Shown here: one piece after another, positions 42,825 to 53,869 of the stretch | Layout of the letters: every line of letters starts with the position of its first letter | Position numbering within the stretch: position 1 is the first letter of the stretch | NCBI GenBank assembly: GCA_965644315.1 | Contig: CBFFRQ010000043.1 | Span: forward strand, 62,001 to 126,000 | Direction: 5' to 3' | Origin: Caecitellus pseudoparvulus | Taxonomy: Eukaryota; Protista; Bigyra: Bicosoecida | Length of the DNA stretch: 64,000 nt | The notes under the pieces: model-generated | What the model saw: only the letters and a program-made list of their open reading frames with translations | Databases searched by the model: none | Told to the model about the DNA's origin: nothing | Translations under genes and position numbers: made by a program

Positions 42825-43233
42825 TGTGAAAGTGGTGCCTTCTGCAGGCGCAGCTGGAGCGATTGAGTGCCGCAGACGCTGTCACGTTCACTTGCGCCAG
42901 TGGGAAATCCGCACCTGATTTCCTCTGCGCTGGACACGCCAACTACACGTCAACTGCCGATCTCGAGCAACCTCGACGAAAGGAACACCTGATCGGAGTC
43001 CTTAACGTACTTGGACCTCAAGATGGTTGTTGTAGAATGAGAACTTTGTCCCAAGTCCACATCTGACCAGGGCCGGCGATCGGTGACGGTGGTAGTCGCG
43101 AGGCGAAACTGCGCAATCTCACAGCGCGTCATGCACTGCAGCTACACGCTCAAAATCCCCAATCCAAGTTTAAACGCCTAACTAAGTTTCATACTGACCC
43201 CAATCGATCTGCCAAGTGCGCTCCCCGGCCAAC

Positions 43234-44309
43234 ATGAGTGAATTGAGCGAGGACCAGCTGCGAGGCCTCGGCCGCCGCGCGCTGCAGGCTGTGGCCAAGA
43301 AGCACGGCGTGAAGGCCAACCAGAAGAGTGCCGTACTTATTCAAGAGTTGCTCGCTTTGGATATCAGCCCCTCCGAGCCATGCAGTGCCGACGGGGAGGC
43401 AGTGGCGCAGGCTCCTGCGGCAGAAAGTGCTGCGGAAGCTGATGCAGACGTTGAAACTGCACCCAATGGACAGCAGGCAACTTCTCCAGATGAAGACCAG
43501 TTTGAGAGTCAGGTCCACGCCGAGGAGTTACAAGAGGTGCGTTTTCTCCTGTCATCACTGCATTCCTTGACTCTCACTCATTATTTCGACTGCAAACGGC
43601 AGACGGAGCGCGTGGACGTTGGAGCTGCGGAAATTGCTTCGCGCGCCGACACTCCTGTGACACAACCAGAGCCTGAGGTGGAGGCAGACGAGGATGGCGA
43701 CGTGGACCTGTCCCCCAAGCCAACTTCTCACACGCCTGCTCGGGAGAGCATTTCCCCCAGTGTGCTGCGGGCGGCCAGTGACATGTTCAAGGCTGCAGAC
43801 CGCGAGGTGAGTGATTCCACGCGTGGAACTCGCGGAGGCCGCTCTGCACACTCCTGCCGCACGCATCGCAGAATAGGGAGGCACGCAGGAAGCAAATCGT
43901 GCCTCGCGTGGGCCAGCTGGCCTCCGCGCCGCGTCGAGGCGGGTGTCTGAAACGCGCCGCTCCGCTCAGCACAGGCGGACGCATGAGCACGCCCCGCCTG
44001 CCAGGCGCAGTGCCCAGTCGCCGCCCGACACCCGCAGGCTCTGCCAAGGCCAAGCAGGCTACGAAGCGACACACGTTTGACCTGCAGGCAAGCCTGCAGC
44101 GCAAGCCCACGTGGGCGATGAAACGCGGCAAGGTGGAGGCGGCGCCTGCCCCGGCACCGCGGGCGAGTTTGCAGCGCGAGAGCCTCGAGCGCTCCCTTTT
44201 CGCGTCTGCCACAGCCAAGCGTGTGCGGGAAGCGGCGCGCAAGTACAGCCACAGGGGCGGCGTCAAGGGGCCTGCGCTGGGCGTGCGGGATGCCAACGCA
44301 CGCGCCTGA
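43234..44309 (+). CDS. NuSAP-like protein (N-terminal SAP-like domain, C-terminal microtubule-binding motif); 2 introns
   Basis: LRGLGRRALQAVAKKHGVKANQKSAVLIQELL matches the NUSAP1 SAP-like N-terminus. FDLQASLQRKPTWAMKRGKV matches the NUSAP1 FDLKASLSRPLNY..HKGKL motif. Confidence 0.7.
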
Positions 44310-44545
44310 AAGGGGGAGGAAGGGGGGACAGGCGGCTGTGGGGTGCACCTGCTGTCTTCTGAGCGCCTTCTTGTGTTGTGTCGCTGCTGCGCCCGCCGAA
44401 ATGCACGCTGGTGGGGTCGGACGTGGCACAGGCATTGCCCAGCGCCAAATCACACAGCCAGGCAAACCACCGGCGAGGGGACGACGATGGGGAGGCAAGA
44501 GATGCAGGGTTGTGCACTCAGACTTGCAACTGCCCCACAGTAGGC

Positions 44546-47500
44546 ATGGAGGCAGAGGATGCTGGTCAGGTGGGTGGCGCAGGTGGGGAGGAATTGGATG
44601 CGTCTGACAAGCTCGTGCAAGACCAGGCAGACCAGGCTGACGCCAGTCCTGAAGGGAAGGACGGGGAGGATGCCGTAGCAGAGGAACCAATGGACGAGGA
44701 CCTCTTTGCGTCCATGCTGAGCACAGTGCTGGGCCCTTCCACTGGCGTGTTCGGGGCGCTGGACGATGGAGGCATGCAGGAGGCGCCTGCGGAAATCGCT
44801 TCGACAGCTGCTTCAAAACCGGCCGAGGCTGTCCCAGAGCGCACCATCTTGCACTGCGCGGGGGGATTTCCGTGGCAGGACTGGCGTCTTGGGGTGCGTC
44901 TGCGGCTGGTGTCTTCCCTGCCTCTGCAGCACATTGCCAAAGCAAGCACTGTTTGCGGAGACTGCGCTGGGCCGTCGATGAGCAGCGTGCCAGAGCCTAT
45001 CCCGCACCTATCCTTACTCAGCGCTGCAGCACAGCTGTCCGGAACGGGGGAGTCCATGTCCACGCTGTACGAGGAGTGTCTGGGCCTGAGCAGCTCTGCC
45101 TTTGGCTTCTGGCCCGCGCCGGCGCCTGAAACGCCGGCACACTTGTTGCTGGGTGCTCTCGTGTGCAGTGGCTTGACACAGGCCTTGCAGCGCGCTCTGA
45201 CGTACTACAGGTACCCTGCCACACCCATGCCACGCTCCATTCTGGTCCCTGGGTGTGCTGCGGCAGACTCGGCTGTCACCGCGTGCGCTGTGACTGCGAC
45301 CGCAGGGGCGCGCCAACCAACCCTTCACTTGCCACCCGTGCGAGCCACCGAGCTCGGCAAGCAAGTGATGCAGCGGCGTCTTGCATGGTGCGATGCATTT
45401 GGTCAGGCATTTTCCCGTCTCCTGTGCGGTGCCGCGGCCGACCTAGCGGTGATGTTCGCCGACGGAAACGTCGTGCACTTCCGGCAACGCAGCAGCGCCA
45501 CTGGCGCCCCGCGCCTGCTCATGGCGAGCATTGCTGCAACCACCACTGCTGTGCGAGCAGGCCTGCGAGCAGCTGGCATTCCCTTCAGCACTCCTTTGGA
45601 TCCCACACTGGGCTCGGAGCACTTGTCCGAAGACGCTGAAGTGGAGGCGGAGCTGAAACGCCTCGCCAACGCCACCGGCATCTCCGTGCAACGGGGAGTG
45701 CAGGCGTCGCAGCGGGGGCTGCGGGGGTTGGCTGGGTACAACGTCACACTTTCACAGCGCATGGTGGCTCGTTTTTGTGGGGGCGGTGGCGGCACGGCGG
45801 CCACACGCACGTTCTCGCCCAGCACTGTGGCCTGCGTCTCTGGCCCAGCCCCTGTGCGTGCCTTGGCTCTGGCGCTCGCGGGGGATGTGTTGGTGGGTGG
45901 CGGGCTGCGCCTCAGTTCCTCTTTGCGGGCCTGGCTGCACGGTGCGCCGGGCTGCGCCGCCCTGCCTTCACACCGCCCACTGCGTCTGCAGGGTCTCGGG
46001 TGCGATGTGCCCACCATCGCCACGGACAGCGCCTTCCACGGCGGGTGCAGCGCCCGCCTGGCCCTGCACAGCCGAGGCGCACTCAGTGTGCCTGTGGTGG
46101 TGGACGCCCCTGCAGGGGAGCCACGTGTAAAACGCACCAGCACTCTGCACGCCCTGGACATCGTCGGGCCCATCTTGCCCTCCCGCCGCACAGCCCTGCT
46201 GCAAGCAGCTGCCGCTGCCCAGGCTTGGGTGACAGTGTGTCACCAGGCACACCGCATGACTCTGCCGCGGCCACTGCGGCAGGGGCAGGTTTTAGCGACG
46301 CATGCCACTGCTGTGCAACAAAGCCTGCCCAGGCTACTGCGTTGGCTACAAGCTGCTCTGCAGTACGAGGAGGGGGGTCAGTCAACGTTGGCGCCCCCGC
46401 CCCCCGTGTCAGGTGCTGCGGCCCTGCTGGAAGCTGCCACAGCGGCAGTGGCGCAAGCGTGTCAAGGCAGCGTCACGAAGCCTGGGCCGACGGCACGCCT
46501 GGACCGGGCGTTTTTCGCCGCGTTGCACCGCAGCATTGCAGCGAGTTTGACCGGCACAACACCGCAACCTTGCCAGCAGCCCGCTCCGCGATGTGTCATC
46601 GGGCAATCGCGGGAGGTGGCCGTGCAGGCACGCTCGTCACAAACAGGGCTGGCTGCCGCGTCAAGACAGGCTGTACCAACAGGGGGAGGAGTGTTTGGCA
46701 GCCAAACCGCCACCCATACGGCAACCAGTGGCGTGCTCAGCGGCATCGGCGGACCGCCCGATCGACGCCCCAGCGCCAAGCAAGCCGCCCAGCCTACAAA
46801 CACGCTATACGGGATTGTAAAGCCTGCTTCGAAGCGGGGGCGGTCAGTGGCCAGTCGTGCTTCCCGCGTCGGGGGGGTGAAGCGTCGTGGAGGGGGGGCA
46901 CAGTCAACACTGCCTGCGAAACGCAGCAGCAGCAGCAGCGCAGGGGGCACTCAGGACGACAGCGAGGAGGAGGAAAGCAACGGAGCAGGGCATGGTCTGT
47001 CAGTGGGCCTGCACAGCTCCTTCGACCAGGACCACGGCGTATTACGCGTCAGGCTAGAGGCTCACCCTCTCTGCACCCTGCAGGCCTCCCCAGCCTTCCT
47101 CTCCGGCGCCAACCTGCACGCAACGCCCGAGGCTGGAGGCACACCCCTCCCCCACCCAGGCATGGCTCTGTCGCCCCCCGTGCTACCCCTGGACGAGGTG
47201 CGGTGCAGCCTCATCTCACGCCCCAAGACACCGTCATCCAACCCTTGCCAGTCCACCTCCGAGCCATGGGAAGACAGCACGCTGCACGGTGCCGCTGGAG
47301 GGGGGCCGTTCACCCTGCACCTGCCCACTGCCGTGCAGGATGTGCTGTGGGTCCCGGGGGGGCGCTCCAGTGCCGAGGTGGGGGGGACACCGCCCCCGAC
47401 GCCGCTGCTGCCGGCGCCAGCTCCACCCCCCCCCTCACACCCCTCAGCCGCCCCCTCCGCACAGGCAGCCCTCCTCCTGCCCCTCCTCCTGCCACCAAAC

Positions 47501-47941
47501 GCCGAGAAGGGGGCGACGGAGCCTGCCTCCGACCAGCCAGCCTCCAAAGAGGGCACTGACCCCCCCCTCCCCCCCCTCCCTGCCCTCCGCAGCTCCCTAG
47601 CAAGCGCCATTGCTGCCTGCCCACCCGGCACCCAGCACCCCCTCGCCGCACTCGTCGCCCGCACTTGCCCTGCGCTGCCGACCTGGCTGAACAGCGCCGT
47701 GAGCATGCCTGCGTCAGCCCCCCTCGCGTTGGACTGGCTGCCGCCAGGACCAGGTCTGCGCGACTCTGACGTCACACTGGCTGCCGCCGCCGCCCTCCTT
47801 CGGCGCACGCCGGCCAGCCTGCCAGTGGTGCAGGTGGCCACATTGGCAGCCTTGCGAGCAGCAGCTGCGCTGACGCTCACACTGGACTGCGAAGTGCCCG
47901 AGGTGGAGGGTGGGCGCACCGCCCTCGGGCTGGATGCCTGA
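44546..47941 (+). CDS. DONSON: DONSON (downstream neighbour of SON / humpty dumpty)-like replication factor with a long low-complexity C-terminal extension
   Basis: Motifs in the DONSON order: DWRLGVRLRLVS, ALTYYRYP, WCDAFGQAF, TTTAVRAGLRAAGIPFSTP, DVPTIATDSAFHGG and LDIVGPILP. Confidence 0.75.
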   Translation: MEAEDAGQVGGAGGEELDASDKLVQDQADQADASPEGKDGEDAVAEEPMDEDLFASMLSTVLGPSTGVFGALDDGGMQEAPAEIASTAASKPAEAVPERTILHCAGGFPWQDWRLGVRLRLVSSLPLQHIAKASTVCGDCAGPSMSSVPEPIPHLSLLSAAAQLSGTGESMSTLYEECLGLSSSAFGFWPAPAPETPAHLLLGALVCSGLTQALQRALTYYRYPATPMPRSILVPGCAAADSAVTACAVTATAGARQPTLHLPPVRATELGKQVMQRRLAWCDAFGQAFSRLLCGAAADLAVMFADGNVVHFRQRSSATGAPRLLMASIAATTTAVRAGLRAAGIPFSTPLDPTLGSEHLSEDAEVEAELKRLANATGISVQRGVQASQRGLRGLAGYNVTLSQRMVARFCGGGGGTAATRTFSPSTVACVSGPAPVRALALALAGDVLVGGGLRLSSSLRAWLHGAPGCAALPSHRPLRLQGLGCDVPTIATDSAFHGGCSARLALHSRGALSVPVVVDAPAGEPRVKRTSTLHALDIVGPILPSRRTALLQAAAAAQAWVTVCHQAHRMTLPRPLRQGQVLATHATAVQQSLPRLLRWLQAALQYEEGGQSTLAPPPPVSGAAALLEAATAAVAQACQGSVTKPGPTARLDRAFFAALHRSIAASLTGTTPQPCQQPAPRCVIGQSREVAVQARSSQTGLAAASRQAVPTGGGVFGSQTATHTATSGVLSGIGGPPDRRPSAKQAAQPTNTLYGIVKPASKRGRSVASRASRVGGVKRRGGGAQSTLPAKRSSSSSAGGTQDDSEEEESNGAGHGLSVGLHSSFDQDHGVLRVRLEAHPLCTLQASPAFLSGANLHATPEAGGTPLPHPGMALSPPVLPLDEVRCSLISRPKTPSSNPCQSTSEPWEDSTLHGAAGGGPFTLHLPTAVQDVLWVPGGRSSAEVGGTPPPTPLLPAPAPPPPSHPSAAPSAQAALLLPLLLPPNAEKGATEPASDQPASKEGTDPPLPPLPALRSSLASAIAACPPGTQHPLAALVARTCPALPTWLNSAVSMPASAPLALDWLPPGPGLRDSDVTLAAAAALLRRTPASLPVVQVATLAALRAAAALTLTLDCEVPEVEGGRTALGLDA

Positions 47942-48057
47942 TGCCTGATGCCTGGCAAGCTTTGGCACACAACACAATCCACAACCCGCAACACACCGCT
48001 CCCTTCCAATGCACACACCAAATAGGACGCAGCACAGTTCGTCCCTACACCTCCACC

Positions 48058-49339
48058 ATGGGCTGCTTCACCTACGCGGCCGTGCTGGCCATTGCGGCAG
48101 CGGCGGCGTACTACCCCGTGCGCCAGTTTGCTGCTGGGCGGGCGAACCCGTTTGCGAACGAGGACTTGACGGGCAAGGTCGCGCTGGTCACAGGAGCGAA
48201 CACAGGCATTGGATGGGAGACAGCCAAGCAGCTGTACATCCAGAACGCAGATGGTGCGACTGCGCTCTCTGTCGTGCGCTCGTATCTCCTGCGGAATTCG
48301 CCGGTCCACCACGCCATTGCCCTTGCCCCGCAGTGGTGCTTGCCTGCCGCTCCAAGACCCGGTGCGAACATGCTATGGCCAACATCACCGCTCAAGTGCC
48401 AGATGGGGTTGGCTCCCTGGAGGTGTCCCTCGTGCGTCGCAGGCGTCACTCGTGCCGTGCCCAGCTGGCACATCACGCTCGCCATGCCATCGCCACCCGT
48501 GCAGCTGGATTTGAACGACTTTGACTCCGTGCGGGCCTTTGCCAGTCGCTGGGGAGACCGACCACTGCACCTGCTCATCAACAACGCCGGCATCATGGCC
48601 CTGCCCCAGCACACGCTGTCCCCCTCTGGCGTGGAGATGCAGATGAACGTGAACCACATGGGGCACTTCCTGCTCACAGGCCTGCTGCTGCCCAACCTGC
48701 GTGCTAGCGCACCGGCCCGCGTCGTGGATGTCTCCTCTCGCGCTGGTGCCCGCCTGGGGCAGCACCTGGACGTCACTGACCTGGGCTGGACCCGCCGAGA
48801 CTACAACATGCTGTGAGCGCCGCCGTGCTGCTCCCGCCCACCACGCCAACCCGCCCCACCTGCGCGCTCCCTCTGCACACAGCTACGCATACGGCGCCAG
48901 CAAGATGGCCAACGTCCTGCACGCCAAGGAGCTGAACCGCCTGATGGCTGCGGAGGGCGTGGACGTGACGGCGTACAGCCTGCACCCCGGCGTCATTCAC
49001 ACGGAGCTCATGCGCAACGTAGTGCAGTACCACTGGTCCGTGGACCTCCTCGTGAACTACATCGCAGGGCCCCTCGTCGCGCCCCTGCTCAAGACGCCAG
49101 TGGAAGGCGCCCAGACCACGCTGTACCTCGCCACTGCGCCCCATGCTGCGCTCGGCACGCCAGAGGAGGAGGCCGAGGTGGGTGGCGCAGTCATCCCTGG
49201 CGCCTACTACGACGACTGTGCCCTCGTCAAACACCCAGTGCCCATGGCGTACGACGCCAAGGCGGCTGCGGACCTGTGGGCTGCCAGCGAAGGCATCACG
49301 GGCTGGAAGTACGAGGCGCCAGAGACGGACGCCGCGTGA
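48058..49339 (+). CDS. Short-chain dehydrogenase/reductase, RDH11-14/WWOX-like, with an N-terminal membrane anchor
   Basis: VALVTGANTGIGWETA, LDL, LINNAGIMA, VNHMGHFLLT, VSS, YGASK (YxxxK) and LHPGVI. Confidence 0.92.
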
Positions 49340-49388
49340 TGGGTCAGTACCAACTGTCTCGTGCGCCGAATGCACACTCTCCATGCAT

Positions 49389-50691
49389 TCACTTGGGCGC
49401 GGCATACCGCCACTGCGTCGCCTCCTCACTCGCCGCCCACAGGTCGCGGGCGACGGCGTCATCGTACGCCTGCCGAGCACTGCAGCGCACGACCCGCCCA
49501 TCGGCGTGGTAGTGGCCAGGTGCCACGACGCCGGACCACGCCTCCTCCCCTGACGTCAGGGGGGGTGGGCCCATGTCCCGCGCTTCCCGCTTCGCCATGG
49601 CCACGTGCAGCACCTCGTTTGCGGCGTTCAGCACAGTCTGCGTGAAGGGCCGCTGCAGCGGCAGGACGATGTAGTCCCCCACGACGCGCCACAGCCAGGA
49701 GTGCTCCGCCACGTCGCGATGCAAGGTCGTCACGACGCTGCCGGGATGCAGGCTGTACGCCGTCACGTCCACGCCCTCCGCAGCCAACAAGCGGTTCAGC
49801 TCTCGTGCATGCAGTACGTTGGCCAGCTTGCTGTCTGCGTAGGCGTGCCTGGGCAGGGAGAGGCGGTCCAGCGTGAAGCACAGATAGGCACTTCTGCCTG
49901 GTGGCGCGGGCTGCGCTGCACACACCAGTAGCTAAACTTGCGCTTGGCAGGGTCCCACCCTAGGTCGCCCAGCACCAAGTTCCCAAAGTCAGAGGCGTTG
50001 GAGGACACGTTGATGACACGGGCTGGCGTGCTGGCACGCAGGTTGGGCAGCAGCAGGCCTGTGAGCAGGAAGTGCCCCATGTGGTTCACCGCCAGTTGTC
50101 GCTCCAGACCCTGCAACTCGCTGGGCACGCGCTCTGGCGGGCCCATGACGCCTGCGTTGTTGATGAGGGTGTGGATGGGGCGCCCCTGCAGCGCATCAGC
50201 TGCCTTGCGGATCGACTCCGCGCTGCTGAGGTCCAACTGCACAGGAGCAGACGGGTGAAGCGGCTTGAGCGGGATGTGATGCGTGTTTGGGGCAGCAACC
50301 AGACACTTGGCCACGCACCTGCAGCACTTCCACGGAACCCGCCTCATCTCCGTGGTCCTCTTCGATGGCCTCCTTGGCATCGTCACACCGCTCGATGGAG
50401 CGGCAGGCCATCAGCACTGTGGCCAGAGAAGCTGGACGTGTGCGAGCGAAGCACCACGCCGGATCGAAATCCGCACTCTCACGCACCGTTTGCACCGCGA
50501 ACGTAGGCCTGGCGCGCCGTCTCGAAGCCAATGCCAGCATTTGCCCCCGTCACCAGCACCGTCGACCCAGCGAGGCGCCGGCCTGTGCGGACCTTGCCCG
50601 ACTGTTCGCAAGACAGGCCGCCGCTGGCCCAGGCAGCGCTGGCCACGCCGCACGTTGCGGCCAGCGCACGGCGGCACGCCGAGGCAGCCAT
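49389..50691 (-). CDS. Short-chain dehydrogenase/reductase, convergent paralogue of 48058-49339
   Basis: VLVTGANAGIGFETA, LINNAGVMG, VNHMGHFLLTGLLLPNLRAS, YADSK and LHPGSV. Confidence 0.9.
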
Positions 50692-51043
50692 GGGGGCGGG
50701 GCTGAAGCGCAGTGCACGAGGTGAGTGTCATGGAGGACAGCAGGGCGTTGTGATTGGTGTGTTGGGCATCAATTTTGCGCAATCCGTGAGAATCTTCACA
50801 ATCCGACGTTGCATGACGATGGAATGAGTGAGAATTTTTCATAGCTTGGTGCAGAATGCAGGTTGATTCCTCTGCAGAGCAGCAAATCTATCCCCACCTG
50901 CCTGCAGTGTGCGATCTTTGTACCCAAGAAATTTGCCAGTCCCCCACACGCCCACAAGTGCGCGTTGACGCGCCTCTCTGCACCGGGATTGGCGTGCGCG
51001 CTGCTGCGGCAGATTGTGCTGCGAGGTGGGAGTCCAGGCCTCC

Positions 51044-52779
51044 ATGAGCCGCAATGCGAGCGTGTGCGTGGTTCACACGACTCGAGAGGCAGTGCTGCAA
51101 GAGCCAGTCAGTGCCAGTGACATCAAGTGTCTCCCTGGCGCGCTCGCGGATGACCTGCTTGCCGTGAGGCGCATCGGGGTGGCGATATGTGAGACAAGTA
51201 AAGTTGCGCATTTTCCGCACGTTTTCCGCATCACGCCCGGCCCGCCTGCTCACAGGCCTCTTGGGTGCTGGCATTGTGAGTGGCAGTGGAGTGAAACTAA
51301 TCGTTTCGCCATGCTGCTGAACTGGCACAAGTCCGCACTGCACTCCCCTTGCCGCAGGTAGCCGTATCTGGAGGCGTGCTGTTTGTGGGCGCAGGGTGGT
51401 GGCCCGTCCAGGCATTGGGGTGCGCTTGTGGCGCGGCCCTTGCGGCGCTGGGGGGTTGGTGGATGGTGGTGCCTGCTATGGAGCACCTTCTCACGATGCA
51501 GCAGCTTCCCTTCCACGCCGAGGCTGCGGACGGCAGCGCAGTGACTGCGCTGAAGCGCGACGGCCCGCTGGGCGGTCTGGAAGCCATCCACCACATCAAG
51601 GCGCACCTGACGAACCAGCTGGGCAACCACGTGTTTCAGTACATCTATGCGCGGTCTCTGGCCAAGGCTCTGGGGGTCTCCTTCTCCTCGCCTGCCCTGG
51701 GCGGGCCCTTTGCGGCGCTCCCGACTCACGTGGCGGCCGGCGCGGACGGGGCGCCTGACCACGCATTTGCCAAGCACTTGCTGGACCGGCCCATGAACGT
51801 GTGGATGCAGGACACGGGCCTGTACACGGGCGCTGCGTGGGACGAGGTGGTGGGGTGGTTGGCCGACACCGCCGACGCCACCACGCGGGATGTGCAGGCG
51901 TCCCTGCCGCAGCTGGGCGCCAGTGACATCGTCGCACACGTGCGCCTGGGCGACATCGTCTCGGGCATGCACGCTTCCTACCGCCCCCTGCCCTTTCTGT
52001 ACTACAGGGAGGCTGTGCGCGCCGTCATCGCGGCACAGGGCGGCGCGATGCCCAACCAGGTGCTGCTCGTCACGAACGAGCCGGGACACGCGATCGCCCA
52101 GCAATTGCGCAGCAGCCTGGCCGCCTGGCTGGCAACCGAGTGTCCCATTAATGGCACCGCCTCACCCACCGTGAGCGTATACAGCCACAGCATGCTGGGC
52201 GACTTTGCCCTCATGCAGCGGGCGCCCAACCTCGTCCTGTCCGTGTCCACGTTCTCCTGGTGGGCGGGCGTCCTGGGCACCGGGCGCATTGTCATGCCCC
52301 TGCACGGCAACGCCTGGCCTGCCGCCGCCTCCCCCGCCTTCAGCCGTCGCCCCCTCAGCTCAGGCACGCTGGCCGTGCCTACTTCCACGTCGCTCTGGGC
52401 AGCCTGTCTGCAGGAAGACATCCTGCAGGGCGCTGCCCTGGCGTGGGGGGCCTCTGCCGTTCATGCCGCTGCGGCCACTGGTCTGGCCCAGGGAGCAGTG
52501 GAGAGGGCCCAGGCCCTGCCGCCAGCACCGGGCCTGTCGTGGGAGGTGCTGGGGAGTCCGGAGGAGCCTGACCAGGCAGGGGTAGGTGCGGCTGGCGAGG
52601 CTGCGCCGAGCACGAACAACCACGCGGTGTTCCGACTGGACCACGAGGCGCGCGGCGCCAAGCAGTGCCTTCTGCTGCCTCCGAGCATGGGCCACCGGGT
52701 GTCGTACATTGCTCTGCATTTGGGGCGGTGGGGCGGCGTCGCAGACATCCCCTCCCTCTTCGCGGGGGCGCCGTCCTGA
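51044..52779 (+). CDS. Glycosyltransferase family 11 (alpha-1,2-fucosyltransferase-like); 5' exons inferred
   Basis: QLGNHVFQY, HVRLGD (GDP-fucose binding), YY and DFALMQ..SVSTFSWWAG. The hydrophobic N-terminus is reached through GTGAGA..CACAG and GTGAGT..CGCAG introns. Confidence 0.82.
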
Positions 52780-52819
52780 GGGCGCTCCGCTGTGTGCACA
52801 ATGCAAGGCCGCCACCGCC

Positions 52820-53869
52820 TCACCCATCCGTCGCAGCCAGCGCCACGTCACCGTCCTCGTCCCCGCCACATCCGTCCCCCAGCAACACACACGTGGACGG
52901 GGGGGGCGGCAGCACCACCACTGCGTCTGGGTGTCGCTGCTGCCCCGCCGCCTTCCACTGCTGCCCCGCCACGAGGAACCTAGCAATGGCCCTGGACAGC
53001 TGCCGCATGGGGAACTGGCTGCCCAGCGCCGCGCCAGGCACGTGCAGGCGCCCCTCGTTCCACGCCCGCAGGACACTGTCCAGGGCCTGGGGCGTCACGT
53101 CTTTTGGCTGCAGGGTGGGCCAGGCGCAGGCATTGGCCGTGGGCGTGGTGCTGGGGCGCGCACTCTGCCTCACGCGGGCGCTGCAGCGGGCCTGGGCTGG
53201 GGCGGGGCCAACGTTGGCGTGGTGGTGGCTGCCCACCCACAGGTGTGGCGCATAGCTCGCAGAGTCTGCCACTTGGGGCAGGGCCTTGCAGATGGCGCGC
53301 ATGGCCAGTTCGTGGGCGGGGCTGGGCGGCTCTTCAGGTGGCAGAGCCAGCAACTCCATCTGGCTTTGAGTCACCTGCGCGAGCGGGGGCGGGACGCAGA
53401 GGTGCCATGGCGCGTGCAGGACACACAGCCCTTCTTGCGTACCCCGAACAAGTTGTCCATGAGTGTGTACGCGTTTCGCACGGCAGCCTCCCTGAGCTCG
53501 GAGCAAGTAATTGCGTGCAGCGCACGGCGAGCTCGACACGCCAGCGCAGCCAGCGCACCTCATGCTGTCCAGTGCCCCCACCTCGAACTGCAGGGACAGC
53601 AGGGCATTGCTGGAGAGGTCCAGACAGGCCACCAGTGCCCCCCCTCCCAAGCTTGCCGTGCTCTTGCCTGCACACGTCAGGATGGCCACGGCCCGAATTC
53701 CGCAGGGGCGCGGCAGGCACGTCTCCAGTCCCTCGGGCACAGCGCTTCGCTGGCCGAGGTGGCACTTGTACGACTTGTCCACTGGCTGCTTGGTGACATG
53801 CTGTGAGGGACTGCAGTCTGGGCTGCGGCAGCGCTTGGCGCCGCCCAGCGCGACACTGCGCGCGGCCAT
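52820..53869 (-). CDS. Hypothetical protein with a degenerate leucine-rich repeat
   Basis: Open frame from ATG 53869; LVACLDLSSNALLSL is LRR-like; probably contains in-frame introns. Confidence 0.45.
   Translation of the reverse strand: MAARSVALGGAKRCRSPDCSPSQHVTKQPVDKSYKCHLGQRSAVPEGLETCLPRPCGIRAVAILTCAGKSTASLGGGALVACLDLSSNALLSLQFEVGALDSMRCAGCAGVSSSPCAARNYLLRAQGGCRAKRVHTHGQLVRGTQEGLCVLHAPWHLCVPPPLAQVTQSQMELLALPPEEPPSPAHELAMRAICKALPQVADSASYAPHLWVGSHHHANVGPAPAQARCSARVRQSARPSTTPTANACAWPTLQPKDVTPQALDSVLRAWNEGRLHVPGAALGSQFPMRQLSRAIARFLVAGQQWKAAGQQRHPDAVVVLPPPPSTCVLLGDGCGGDEDGDVALAATDG

Noticed and set aside
36600-43200. The Sel1 island as a transposon or endogenous virus/virophage
   Set aside because: I saw no transposase, integrase, RT, capsid or pPolB motifs and no convincing terminal repeats or TSD. 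Tandem duplication explains the shared CoA-transferase fragment.
47934-47954. GATGCCT x3 across the DONSON stop (TGA/ATG overlap) as translational coupling to the SDR
   Set aside because: The SDR has a well-formed start at 48058 (CCACCATGG) followed by a signal anchor. The 7-mer triplication is most simply slippage.
50888-51415. Minus-strand 175-aa ORF as a separate gene
   Set aside because: It overlaps the inferred 5' exons and introns of the GT11 gene on the + strand and has no motifs.
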